Source: Octopus sinensis (lineage: Eukaryota). From it: a stretch of DNA of 20,326 bases. Below, one piece after another: positions 1 through 11,837 of the stretch. Made by a program: the position numbers and the translations under genes. The stretch is from contig NW_021824028.1 in NCBI RefSeq assembly GCF_006345805.1, positions 1 through 20,326 of the forward strand, written 5' to 3'. Numbering within the stretch: the stretch's first letter is position 1; the number at the start of each line of letters is the position of its first letter. The notes under the pieces are model-generated. The model saw only the letters and a list, made by a program, of their open reading frames with translations, ran no database searches and was not told the DNA's origin.

Positions 1-3000
1 ATTCCCTAGATTTGAAGGATATGTGGAGTATTTGAGATTATTAATAAATTACCTAAAATATGCGCTAAACATATTATGAAATTGTCGAGGTCTTTAGATT
101 TGAGGAATGGGGGTACTTGAGATTATTAATAAAATTATGTCATTCAATTTTGGGAGATCCCTAAATTTGAGGATATGGGGGTACTTGAGATTATGTAATA
201 AATTACGTAATATATTATGTAACATATTATTCAATTTGGGGAGGTTTCTGTATGTGTGGATATGTGGGTATTTAAGATTATGTAATAAATTATGTAATAT
301 ATTCAATTTGGGGAAGTCCCTAGATGTGAGTATTTTGGGGTACTTAAAATTATGTAATAAATTACGAAATATATTGCGTGAAATATTATGCTATTTGAGG
401 AGGTCCCTAAATCAGGATATGGGGGTACTGGAGATTATAAAATAATAACGTAAGATATTTGCGTAACATATTAAGAAATTTGTGAAGGTCTTTAGATTTA
501 AGAATGGGGTACTTGAGATTATTTATAAAATTTATTCCTTTAATTTGGGGAGATCCCTAAATTTAAGGATATGGGGGTATTTGAGATTATGTAATAAATT
601 ACGTAATATATTATGTAACATATTATTCAATTTGGGGAGGTTTCTGTATGTGTGGATATGTGGCTACTTGAGATTATGTAATAAATTACGCAATATATTG
701 CGTAAAATATTATAAAATTTATACAGGTCTTTAGATTTGAGGAATTGGGGTACTTGAGATTAAATTATGTAATATATTGCGTAACATTTATATTCAATTA
801 GGGGAAGTCCCTAATGTGACAAAGGCGGTCTACTGAGATTATTTAATAAATTAAGTAAATATTGCGTAACATATTATTCAATTTGGGGAAGTTTTTAGAT
901 TTGAGCTATGGGTACTTAAGATTATTATTAAATTACGTAATTATGCGTGAAATATTTTGCAATTTGACGAGGTCCCTAGATGTGAGTATTTTGGGGTACT
1001 TAAGATTATGTAATAAATTACGAAATATATTGGGTGAAATATTATGCTATTTGAGGAGGTCCCTAGATATCAGGATATGGGGGTACTTGAGATTATTAAA
1101 TAGATAACGTAATATATTGCGTAACATATTAAGAAATTTGTAGAGGTCTTTAGATTTGAGGAATGGGTACTTGAGATTATTTAATAAATTTATTCATTTT
1201 AATTTGGGGAGATCCCTAAATTTGAGGATATGGGGGTACTTGAGATTATTAAATAGATAACGTAATATATTGCGTAACATATTAAGAAATTTGTAGAGGT
1301 CTTTAGATTTGAGGAATGGGGGTACTTGAGATTATTTAATAAATTTATTCATTTCAATTTGGGGAGATCCATAAATTTGAGGATATGGGGGTACTTGAGA
1401 TTTTGTAATAAATTACGTAATATATTATGTAACATATTCAATTTTGGGAGGTTTCTGTATGTGTGGATATGTGGGTATTTAAGATTATGTAATAAATTAT
1501 GTAATATATTGCGTGACATATTATGCAATTTTAGAAGGTCCCTAGATATGAGGATATGGGGCTACTTGAGATTATGTAATAAATTACGTAATATATTTGT
1601 AATATATTATACAATTTGAGGAGGTCCCTAGATTTGATGATATGTGAGTATTTTAGATAATTTAATAAATACCTTATATATTTCGAACATATTATGAAAT
1701 TTGTAGAGTTTTAGATTTGAGTATGGGGGTATTTGGATTATTTAATAGATAACGTAATATATTGTGTCACATATTTGCAATTATGCAATTTCGGGATTCC
1801 CTAGATTTGAGGATATTTGGTATTTGAGATTATTTACTAAATTACCTAAAATATTGCGTACATATTATGAAATTGGAGGTTCCTAAATTTGAGGATATGC
1901 AATTTGAGGAGGTCCCTAGATGTGAGGATATGGGAAACTTGAGATTATGTAATAAATTACGTAATATATGGCTTAATATATAATGCAATTTTGGGAGGCC
2001 CTAGATGTGAGGATATAGGAATACTTGAGATTTTACAATAAATTACGATATATTGCGTAAAATATTATGAAATTTGTAGAGGTCTTTAGATTTGAGGAAT
2101 GGGGGTACTTGAGATTATTTAATAAAATATGTAAATATTGCGTAACATATTATTCAATTAGGGGAAGTCCCTAGATGTGACGATATGGGGTACTTGAGAT
2201 ATTTAATAAATTACCTAATATATTGGGTAACATATTATGAATTTGGGGAATTCCCTAGATTGAGGATATGTGAGTATTTGAGATTATTTAATAAATTACG
2301 TAATATATTAGAAACATATTATCCAATTGGGAGGTTCCTAAATGAGGATATGCAATTTGAAGAGGTCCCTAGATGTGACGATATGGGGTACTTGAGATTA
2401 TTTAAAAAAATAATACCTAATATATTAGGTAACATATTATGAATTTGGGGAATTCCCTAGATTTGAGGATATGTGAGTATTGTGAGATTATTTAATAAAT
2501 TAGTAATATAGTAGGTAACATAATTCAATTTGGGGTTTTGTATGTGTGCATATGTGGGTATTAAGATTATGTAATAATTATGTAATATATTGCGTGACAT
2601 AAATGCAATTTTAGAAGGTCCCTAGATTGAGGATATGGGGCTACTTGAGATTATGTAATAAATTACGTAATATATTTGTAATATATTATACAATTTGAGG
2701 AGGTCCTAGATTTGATGATATGTGAGTATTTTAGATAATTAATAAATACCTTGATATTTGCGGACATATTATGAAATTTGTAGAGTTCTTTAGATTTGAG
2801 TAATGGGGGTATTGAGATTATTTAATAGTAACGTAATATATTGTGTAACATATTATGCAATTTCGGGAATTCCCTAGATTTGAGGATATTGGTATTTGAG
2901 ATTATTTACTAAATTACCTAAAATATGCGTAACATATTATTGAAATTTGGGAGGTTCCTAAATTTGAGGATATGCAATTTGAGGAGGTCCCTAGATGTGA

Positions 3001-6000
3001 GGAATAGGGGGAATACTTGAGATTATGTAATAAATTACGTAATATATTGCTTAATATATAATGCAATTTTGGAGGTCCTAGATGTGAGGATATGGGGCTA
3101 CTTGAGATTATGTAATAATTACGTAATATATTTGTAATATATTATACAATTTGAGAGGTCCCTAGATTTGATGATATGTGAGTATTTTAGATAATTTAAT
3201 AAAATTACCTTATATATTTCGAACATATTATGAAATTTGTAGAGTTCTTTAGATTTGAGTTGGGGGTACTTGAGATTATTTAATAGATAACGTAATATAT
3301 TGTGTAACATATATGCAATTTCGGGAATTCCCTAGATTTGAGGATATTTGGTATTTGAGATTATTTACTAAATTACCTAAAATATTGCGTAACATATTAT
3401 GAATTTGGGAGGTTCCTAATTTGAGGATATGCAATTTGAGGAGGTCCCTAGATGTGAGGATATGGAATACTTGAGATTATGTAATAAATTACGTAATATA
3501 TTGCTTAATATATAATGCAATTTTGGGAGGTCCCTAGAAGTGAGGATATGGGAATACTTGAGATTTTATAATAAATTACGAATATATTGCGTAAAATATT
3601 ATGAAATTTGTAGAGGTCTTTAGATTTGAGGAATGAGAGTACTTGAGATTATTTAATAAAATATGTAATATATTGCGTAACATATTATTCAATTAGGGGA
3701 AGTCCCTAGATGTGACGATATGGGGTACTTGAGATTATTTAATAAATTACCTAATATATTGGGTAACATATTATGAAATTTGGGGAATTCCCTAGATTTG
3801 AGGATATGTGAGTATTTGAGATTATTTAATCAATTACGTAATATATTAGGAAACATATTATTCAATTTGGGAGGTTCCTAAATTTGAGGATATGCAATTT
3901 GAGGAGGTCCCTAGATGTGAGGATATGGGAATACTTGAGATTATGTAATAAATTACGTAATATATTGCTTAATATATAATGCAATTTTGGGAGGTCCCTA
4001 GAAGTGAGGATATGGGAATACTTGAGATTTTATAATAAATTACGAATATATTGCGTAAAATATTATGAAATTGGAGAGGTCTTAGATTTGAAGAATGAGA
4101 GTATTGAGATTATTTAATAAAATATGTAATATATTGCGTAACATATTATTCAATTAGGGGAAGTCCCTAGATGTGACGATATGGGGTACTTGAGATTATT
4201 TAATAAATTACCTAATATATTGGGTAACATATTATGAAATTTGGGGAATTCCCTAGATTTGAGGATATGTGAGTATTTGAGATTATTTATTAAATTACGT
4301 AATATATTAGGTAACATATTATTCAATTTGGGAGGTCCCTAAATTTGAGGATATGCAATTTGAGGAGGTCCCTAGATGTGACAAAATGGGGTACTTGAGA
4401 TTATTTAATAAATTACCTAATATATTGTGTAACATATTATGCAATTTCGGGAATTCCCTAGATTTGAGGATATTTGGTATTTGAGATTATTTACTAAATT
4501 ACCTAAAATATTGCGTAACATATTATGAAATTTGGGAGGTTCCTAAATTTGAGGATATGCAATTTGAGGAGGTCCCTAGATGTGAGGATATGGGAATACT
4601 TGAGATTATGTAATAAATTACGTAATATATTGCTTAATATATAATGCAATTTTGGGAGGTCCCTAGATGTGAGGATATGGGGCTACTTGAGATTATGTAA
4701 TAAATTACGTAATATATTTGTAATATATTATACAATTTGAGGAGGTCCCTAGATTTGATGATATGTGAGTATTTTAGATAATTTAATAAATTACCTTATA
4801 TATTTCGAACATATTATGAAATTTGTAGAGTTCTTTAGATTTGAGTAATGGGGGTACTTGAGATTATTTAATAGATAACGTAATATATTGTGTAACATTT
4901 ATGCAATTTCGGGAATTCCCTAGATTTGAGGATATTTGGTATTTGAGATTATTTACTAACTTACCTAAAATATTGCGTAACATATTATGAAATTTGGGAG
5001 GTTCCTAAATTTGAGGATATGCAATTTGAGGAGGTCCCTAGATGTGAGGATATGGGAATACTTGAGATTATGTAATAAATTACGTAATATATTGCTTAAT
5101 ATATAATGCAATTTTGGGAGGTCCCTAGAAGTGAGGATATGGGAATACTTGAGATTTTATAATAAATTACGAATATATTGCGTAAAATATTATGAAATTT
5201 GTAGAGGTCTTTAGATTTGAGGAATGAGAGTACTTGAGATTATTTAATAAAATATGTAATATATTGCGTAACATATTATTCAATTAGGGGAAGTCCCTAG
5301 ATGTGACGATATGTGGGTACTTGAGATTATTTAATAAATTACCTAATATATTGGGTAACATATTATGAATTTGTGGGAATTCCCTAGATTTGAGGATATG
5401 TGAGTATTTGAGATTATTAATAAATTACGTAATATATTAGGAAACATATTATTCAATTTGGGAGGTTCCTAAATTTGAGGATATGCAATTTGAGGAGGTC
5501 CCTAGATGTGAGGATATGGGAATACTTGAGATTATGTAATAAATTACGTAATATATTGCTTAATATATAATGCAATTTTGGGAGGTCCCTATATGTGAGG
5601 ATATGGGAATACTTGAGATTTTATAATAAATTACGAATATATTGCGTAAAATATTATGAAATTTGTAGAGGTCTTTAGATTTGAGGAATGAGCGTACTTG
5701 AGATTATTTAATAAAATATGTAATATATTGCGTAACATATTATTCAATTAGGGGAAGTCCCTAGATGTGACGATATGGGGTACTTGAGATTATTTAATAA
5801 ATTACCTAATATATTGGGTAACATATTATGAAATTTGGGGAATTCCCTAGATTTGAGGATATGTGAGTATTTGAGATTATTTAATAAATTACGTAATATA
5901 TTAGGAAACATATTATTCAATTTGGGAGGTTCCTAAATTTGAGGATATGCAATTTGAGGAGGTCCCTAGATGTGACGATATGGGGTACTTGAGATTATTT

Positions 6001-6516
6001 AATAAATTACATAAAATATTGCGTAACATATTATGAAATTTGTAGAGGTCTTTAGATTTGAGGAATGGGGGTACTTGAGATTATTTAATAAATTTATTCT
6101 TTTAAATTTGGGGAGATCCCTAAATTTGAGGATATTGGGGTACTTGAGATTATGTAATAAATTACGTAATATATTGCGTAACCTATTATGCAATTTCGGG
6201 AATTCCCTAGATTTGAGTATATTTGGGTATTTGAGATTATTTACTAAATTACCTAATATATTGCGTAACATATTATGAAATTTGTAGAGGTCTTTAGATT
6301 TGAGGAATGGGAGTACTTGAGAGTATTTAATAAATTACCTAATATATTGCGTAACATATTATGAAATTTGTAGAGGTCTTTAGATTTGAAGAATGGGAGT
6401 ACTTGAGATTATTTAATAAAATATGTAATATATTGCGTATCATATTATTCAATTAGGGGAAGTCCCTAGATGTGACGATATGGGGTACTTGAGATTATTT
6501 AATAAATTACATAATA
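1..6516. repeat. ~86-87-bp AT-rich satellite array with higher-order structure
   Basis: Monomer example GAGGTCCCTAGATGTGAGGATATGGGAATACTTGAGATTATGTAATAAATTACGTAATATATTGCTTAATATATAATGCAATTTTGG (3904-3990; next monomer starts 3991). A 33-bp short monomer recurs at 3409, 3871, 4332, 4536, 4998, 5462, 5926, mostly 461-464 bp apart. Confidence 0.97.
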
Positions 6517-8314
6517 CAGTAGACTATTCATTTAACGAAAATGAAAATTGAGTATTCGTTAAATGAATTTAACGAAAACAATTGTTTAATTAAAAATGTG
6601 TCATGTAATCGGTAATTTTAGGTTCCTTCTTTTTAATTTTTGCCAATATATTTTTCAAATTTGTAATTAGGTGAATATGTTCACCAGATTCTTGCAAAAA
6701 ATATTTTTCAATATTTTCCAAATATTTAAGTGCATCTGCATAACCAATGGGATTGTCATTTGTGCTATCTAATTTCTTCATGCTCATTTCTTCCTCACAT
6801 TGTATTGTATCAAGATACGCGTTTTCTTCGCAGACGACAGGTGCACAGACAGGAAACTCAATCATAATTTTCACTTTTATTATCTTTAATTGTAGGGTGA
6901 TTTAAATTTAATACCTTTTTCGTCAGTAAATTCTTCAAGTATTTTTTCATCTATCTTCGGCCAATTATTTAATGCCTTGTTAAAGCAATTTTTGATAGTG
7001 TCCACTGTGACTTCGTTACAAGCCTCAATAATTAAAGGTAGAGCATTCAGTAATTTGAATTTGGTAAGTTCATCTGTATATGACAATGTTCCTATATTTG
7101 TTCCCATACTCAAATTTCTAGTCATTCCGTTTTTATACAACGATTTAAATGAATGCACAATCCCTTGATCAATTGGTTGAATCTTAGATGTTGTCTTTGG
7201 AGGAAGAAAATACAATTCGATATTACTGAATTCGCCATTAAAATAGTGAACTGGCGCATTATCTAAAAGAAGCAAAATCTTTCTATTTTCCACACTCATT
7301 TTGGAATTTAACCGTTCAACCCAGTTTTTAAAAATTAAACTGGTCATCCAAGATTTATTGCTATTTGCATATTGAATCCCAAGATTATTCATATTAATAT
7401 TTTTAAAACCATGAGGATTTTTGAATTTTCCGATTACCAACGGATGCTCTTTATCTCCTTCCATATTTGTGCATAATAACAGTGTTATTCGTTCTTTCCT
7501 GAAGCCCTTGATTCGGAGTCAAGAACTAATGTTTTTTTTGAGTACATTTGAAAAAAGGGCAGTTTCATCGCAGTTGTAAAAATTTTTCCGATCCATATTT
7601 TTTTAACATGGCTGCAAAGCGTTCATATGAATCTATAAGCAAAACGGGATCCACTAATTGTTCTTCTCCAGAAATCGTGAGTGTTTTTATTTTATACTCT
7701 TCCTTAAAGCGTGAAATCCATGGGTGAGATGCTTTGAAATTTTCAATATAAAATCGTTGAGCAATTTTGAGTGCCATTTCGCGTACCATTTCATTAGTTA
7801 TGGTGTGATTACAGAAACGTTTGTTCTGAATCCATGCATATAGTGGTTCATATATCTTATCAGTACAACTTTTAATGTAATATTCTTTTTTTGTTGTGTG
7901 ACGCCTTGATCCATACAATTGCATTTTCTTCAAAGTTGAATTGATCACTCCAATAGGCATATTAAACCGCTGAGCCAAATTTTCTTGAGTAACAGCAGGA
8001 TTATTCTTCTTGAAATCAATAACTTCCAGTTTTTGTCAAATTTGATAAGTTTTTCTTTTTTTCTTCATATTGTTCACCATTGCACACATGGTTTACTACA
8101 AAGAAATAGCGAGGAAAAATTACTTTAAAATTGTATCAAAAATTTTAATTTTCGTTATTTAAATATTCGTTAAATATACTTAAATATTCACTAATACAAA
8201 GAAAAAAAAATTTTATTTTTGAATTTATCTAAGGAAAAACGTAAAAAAATATTTTGACTTTCGTAAAATGAATATTTTCGTTAAATTTTTTTTCGTTAAA
8301 TGGATAGTCTAATG
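6517..8314 (-). mobile_element. pogo/Tigger-family (Tc1/mariner superfamily) DNA transposon, copy 1, 1798 bp
   Basis: 25-bp TIRs CAGTAGACTATTCATTTAACGAAAA (6517-6541) and TTTTCGTTAAATGGATAGTCTAATG (8290-8314, 2 mismatches). TA duplication at 6515-6516 and 8315-8316. Internal transposase on the minus strand. Confidence 0.95.
6590..8089 (-). pseudogene. Disrupted pogo/Tigger DD30D transposase (CENP-B-type HTH domains plus DDE_1-like domain), copy 1
   Basis: HTH region ...LAQRFNMPIGVINSTLKK...LYAWIQNKR...FKASHPWISRFK. Catalytic motifs NCDETA (out of frame), LLLDNAPVH and QPIDQGI, with 30 residues between the 2nd and 3rd Asp. Nonsense TGA at 8036-8038 and several 1-bp frameshifts split it into track ORFs 7565-7978, 6886-7464 and 6590-6874. 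Confidence 0.9.
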
Positions 8315-10044
8315 TATATTGGGTAACATATTATGAAATTTGGAAAATTCCCTAGATTTGAGGATATGTGAGTATTTGAGATTATTTAATAAATTACGTA
8401 ATATATTAGGTAACATATTATTCAATTTGGGAGGTCCCTAAATTTGAGGATATGCAATTTGAGGAGGTCCCTAGATGTGACAAAATGGGGTACTTGAGAT
8501 TATTTAATAAATTACCTAATAAATTGCGTAACATATTATGAAATTTTGGGAATTCCCTAGATTTGAGGATATGTGAGTATTTGAGATTATTTAATTACCA
8601 CCTAAAATATTGCGTAACATATTATGAAATTTGTAGAGGTCTTTAGATTTGAGGAATGGGGGTACTTGAGATTATTTAATAAATTATGTCATTTCAGATT
8701 GGGGAGATCCCTAAAATTGAGGATATGGGGGTACTTGAGATTATGTAATAAATTGCGTAATATATTGCTTAATATATAATGCAATTTTGGGAGGTTTCTG
8801 TATGTGTGGATATGTGGGTATTTAAGATTATGTAATAAATTATGTAATATATTGCGTGACATATTATGCAATTTTAGAAGGTCCCTAGATATGAGGATAT
8901 GGGGCTACTTGAGATTATGTAATAAATTACGTAAATCGAGATGGTTTTTCGAGCGGATATCCCTTGCGATAGTGCGCTCTAACTCTTTCTCGATCGCGTC
9001 GGCTTCCCGCCCTTGAAGCTTTTAATTAATTAACTTGTAGTTATTGGTTGGTTTGTCAATAAAAAAAAAAAATTACGTAATATATTTGTAATATATTATA
9101 CAATTTGAGGAGGTCCCTAGATTTGATGATATGTGAGTATTTTAGATAATTTAATAAATTACCTTATATATTTCGAACATATTATGAAATTTGTAGAGTT
9201 CTTTAGATTTGAGTAATGGGGGTACTTGAGATTATTTAATAGATAACGTAATATATTGTGTAACATATTATGCAATTTCGGGAATTCCCTAGATTTGAGG
9301 ATATTTGGTATTTGAGATTATTTACTAAATTACCTAAAATATTGCGTAACATATTATGAAATTTGGGAGGTTCCTAAATTTGAGGATATGCAATTTGAGG
9401 AGGTCCCTAGATGTGAGGATATGGGAATACTTGAGATTATGTAATAAATTACGTAATATATTGCTTAATATATAATGCAATTTTGGGAGGTCCCTAGATG
9501 TGAGGATATGGGAATACTTGAGATTTTATAATAAATTACGAATATATTGCGTAAAATATTATGAAATTTGTAGAGGTCTTTAGATTTGAGGAATGGGGGT
9601 ACTTGAGATTATTTAATAAATTTATTCATTTAAATTTGGGGAGATCCCTAAATTTGAGGATATGGGGGTACTTGAGATTATGTAATAAATTACATATTAT
9701 ATTGCGTAACATTATATGCAATTTCGGGAATTCCCTAGATTTGAGTATATTTGGGTGTTTGAGATTATTTACTAAATTACCTAATATATTGCGTAACATA
9801 TTATGAAATTTGTAGAGGTCTTTAGATTTGAGGAATGGGGGTACTTGAGAGTATTTAATAAATTACCTAATATATTGCGTAACATATTATGAAATTTGTA
9901 GAGGTCTTTAGATTTGAGGAATGGGAGTACTTGAGATTATTTAATAAAATATGTAATATATTGCGTAACATATTATTCAATTAGGGGAAGTCCCTAGATG
10001 TGACGATATGGGGTACTTGAGATTATTTAATAAATTACCTAATA
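8315..10044. repeat. Satellite array segment (contains CRE-like insert 8935-9072)
   Basis: Same ~87-bp monomers. 9561-10044 closely matches 6033-6516 at an offset of 3528 bp. Confidence 0.95.
8935..9072 (+). mobile_element. 5'-truncated 3' end of a CRE-like RLE non-LTR retrotransposon (family A)
   Basis: GC-richer insert encoding SRWFFERISLAIVRSNSFSIASASRP* (8936-9016), resembling the C-terminal QRISLAIxRGN motif of CRE-like RLE proteins. Short 3' UTR, AATAAA running into A12 (9061-9072). 11-bp TSD AAATTACGTAA at 8924-8934 and 9070-9080. The homologous uninterrupted monomer at 1581-1591 has one copy. Confidence 0.85.
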
Positions 10045-11837
10045 CAGTAGACTATTCATTTAACGAAAATGAAAATTGAGCATTCGTTTAATGAATTTAA
10101 CGAAAAAAATTGTTTAATTAAAAATGTGTCATGTAATCGGTAATTTTAGGTTCCTTCTTTTTAATTTTTGCCAATATATTTCTCAAATTTGTAATTAGGT
10201 GAATATGTTCACCAGATTCTTGCAAAAAATATTTTTCAATATTTTCCAAATATTTAAGTGCATCTGCATAACCAATGGGATTGTCATTTGTGCTATCTAT
10301 TTCTTCATGCTCATTTTCTTCCTCACATTGTATTGTATCAAGATACGCGTTTTCTTCGCAGACGACAGGTGCACAGACAGGAAACTCAATCATAATTTCA
10401 CTTTTATTATCTTTAATTGTAAGGTGATTTAAATTTAATACCTTTTTCGTCAGTGGATTCTTCAAGTATTTTTTCATCTATCTTCGGCCAATTATTTAAT
10501 GCCTTGTTAAAGCAATTTTTGATAGTGTCCACTGTGACTTCGTTACAAGCCTCAATAATTAAAGGTAGAGCATTCACTAATTTGAATTTGGTAAGTTCAT
10601 CTGTATATGACAATGTTCCTATATTTGTTCCCATACTCAAATTTTTAGTCATTCCGTTTTTATACAACGATTTAAATGAATGCACAATCTCTTGATCAAT
10701 TGGTTGAATCTTAGATGTTGTCTTTGGAGGAAGAAAATACAATTCGATATTACTGAATTCGCCATCAAAATAGTGAACTGGCGCATTATCTAAAAGAAGC
10801 AAAATCTTTCTATTTTCCACACTCATTTTGGAATTTAACCGTTCAACCCAGTTTTTAAAAATTAAACTGGTCATCCAAGATTTATTGCTATTTGCATATT
10901 GAATCCCAAGATTATTCATATTAATATTTTTAAAACCATGAGGATTTTTGAATTTTCCGATTACCAACGGATGCTCTTTATCTCCTTCCATATTTGTGCA
11001 TAATAACAGTGTTATTCGTTCTTTCCTGAAGCCCTTGATTCGGAGTCAAGAACTAATGTTTTTTTTGAGTACATTTGAAAAAAGGGCAGTTTCATCGCAG
11101 TTGTAAAAATTTTTCCGATCCATATTTTTTTAACATGGCTGCAAAGCGTTCATATGAATCTATAAGCAAAACGGGATCCACTAATTGTTCTTCTCCAGAA
11201 ATCGTGAGTGTTTTTATTTATACTCTTCCTTAAAGCGTGAAATCCATGGGTGAGATGCTTTGAAATTTTCAATATAAAATCGTTGAGCAATTTTGAGTGC
11301 CATTTCGCGTACCATTTCATTAGTTATGGTGTGATTACAGAAACGTTTGTTCTGAATCCATGCATATAGTGGTTCATATATCTTATCAGTACAACTTTTA
11401 AATGTAATATTCTTTTTTTGTTTGTGACGCCTTGATCCATACAATTGCATTTTCTTCAACGTTGAATTGATCACTCCAATAGGCATATTAAACCGCTGAG
11501 CCAAATTTTCTTGAGTAACAGCAGGATTATTCTTCTTGAAATCAATAACTTCCAGTTTTTGTTGAATTTGATAAGTTTTTTTTTTCTTCATATTGTTCAC
11601 CCTTGCACACATGGTTTACTACAAAGAAATAGCGAGGAAAAATTACTTTAAAATTTAATCAAAAATTTTAATTTTCGTTATTTAAATATTCGTTAAATAT
11701 ACTTAAATATTCACTAATACAAAGAAAAAAAAATTTTATTTTTGAATTTATCTAAGGAAAAACGTGAAAAAATATTTTGACTTTCGTAAAATGAATATAT
11801 TCGTTAAATTTTTTTTCGTTAAATGGATAGTCTTCTG
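10045..11837 (-). mobile_element. pogo/Tigger-family DNA transposon, copy 2, 1793 bp
   Basis: TIRs at 10045-10069 and 11813-11837 (TTTTCGTTAAATGGATAGTCTTCTG). TA duplication at 10043-10044 and 11838-11839. Nearly identical to copy 1. Confidence 0.95.
10118..11612 (-). pseudogene. Disrupted pogo/Tigger DD30D transposase, copy 2
   Basis: N-terminus KKTYQIQQKLEVIDFKKNNPAVTQENLAQRFNMP (CENP-B-type HTH), DNAPVH...QPIDQ catalytic region, C-terminus ...KKKEPKITDYMTHF*. Split by 1-bp frameshifts into ORFs 11214-11612, 10413-10991 and 10118-10477. Confidence 0.9.

Noticed and set aside
3904-3995. Monomer as a spliced-leader/snRNA gene array (AATTTTGG resembles an Sm site, and CRE elements often target SL arrays)
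   Set aside because: The Sm-like word is present in only some monomer variants. I see no conserved leader plus GT donor or SL stem-loops, no intergenic spacer, and the HOR-type divergence is unlike a homogenised RNA gene array. Small-RNA or 5'-end transcript data would be needed to reopen this.
94-6278. Many 60-110 aa ORFs in the satellite (e.g. WGYLRLCNKLRNIL repeats), also at 8689-9806, 11748-13443 and 19338-19553
   Set aside because: They are translations of the 87-bp monomer, start and stop at monomer variants, occur on both strands and show no protein motif.
1-6516. Canonical CENP-B box in the satellite
   Set aside because: I found no match to the TTCG....A..CGGG pattern; the monomer CpGs lie in TTACGTAA/TTGCGTAA contexts.
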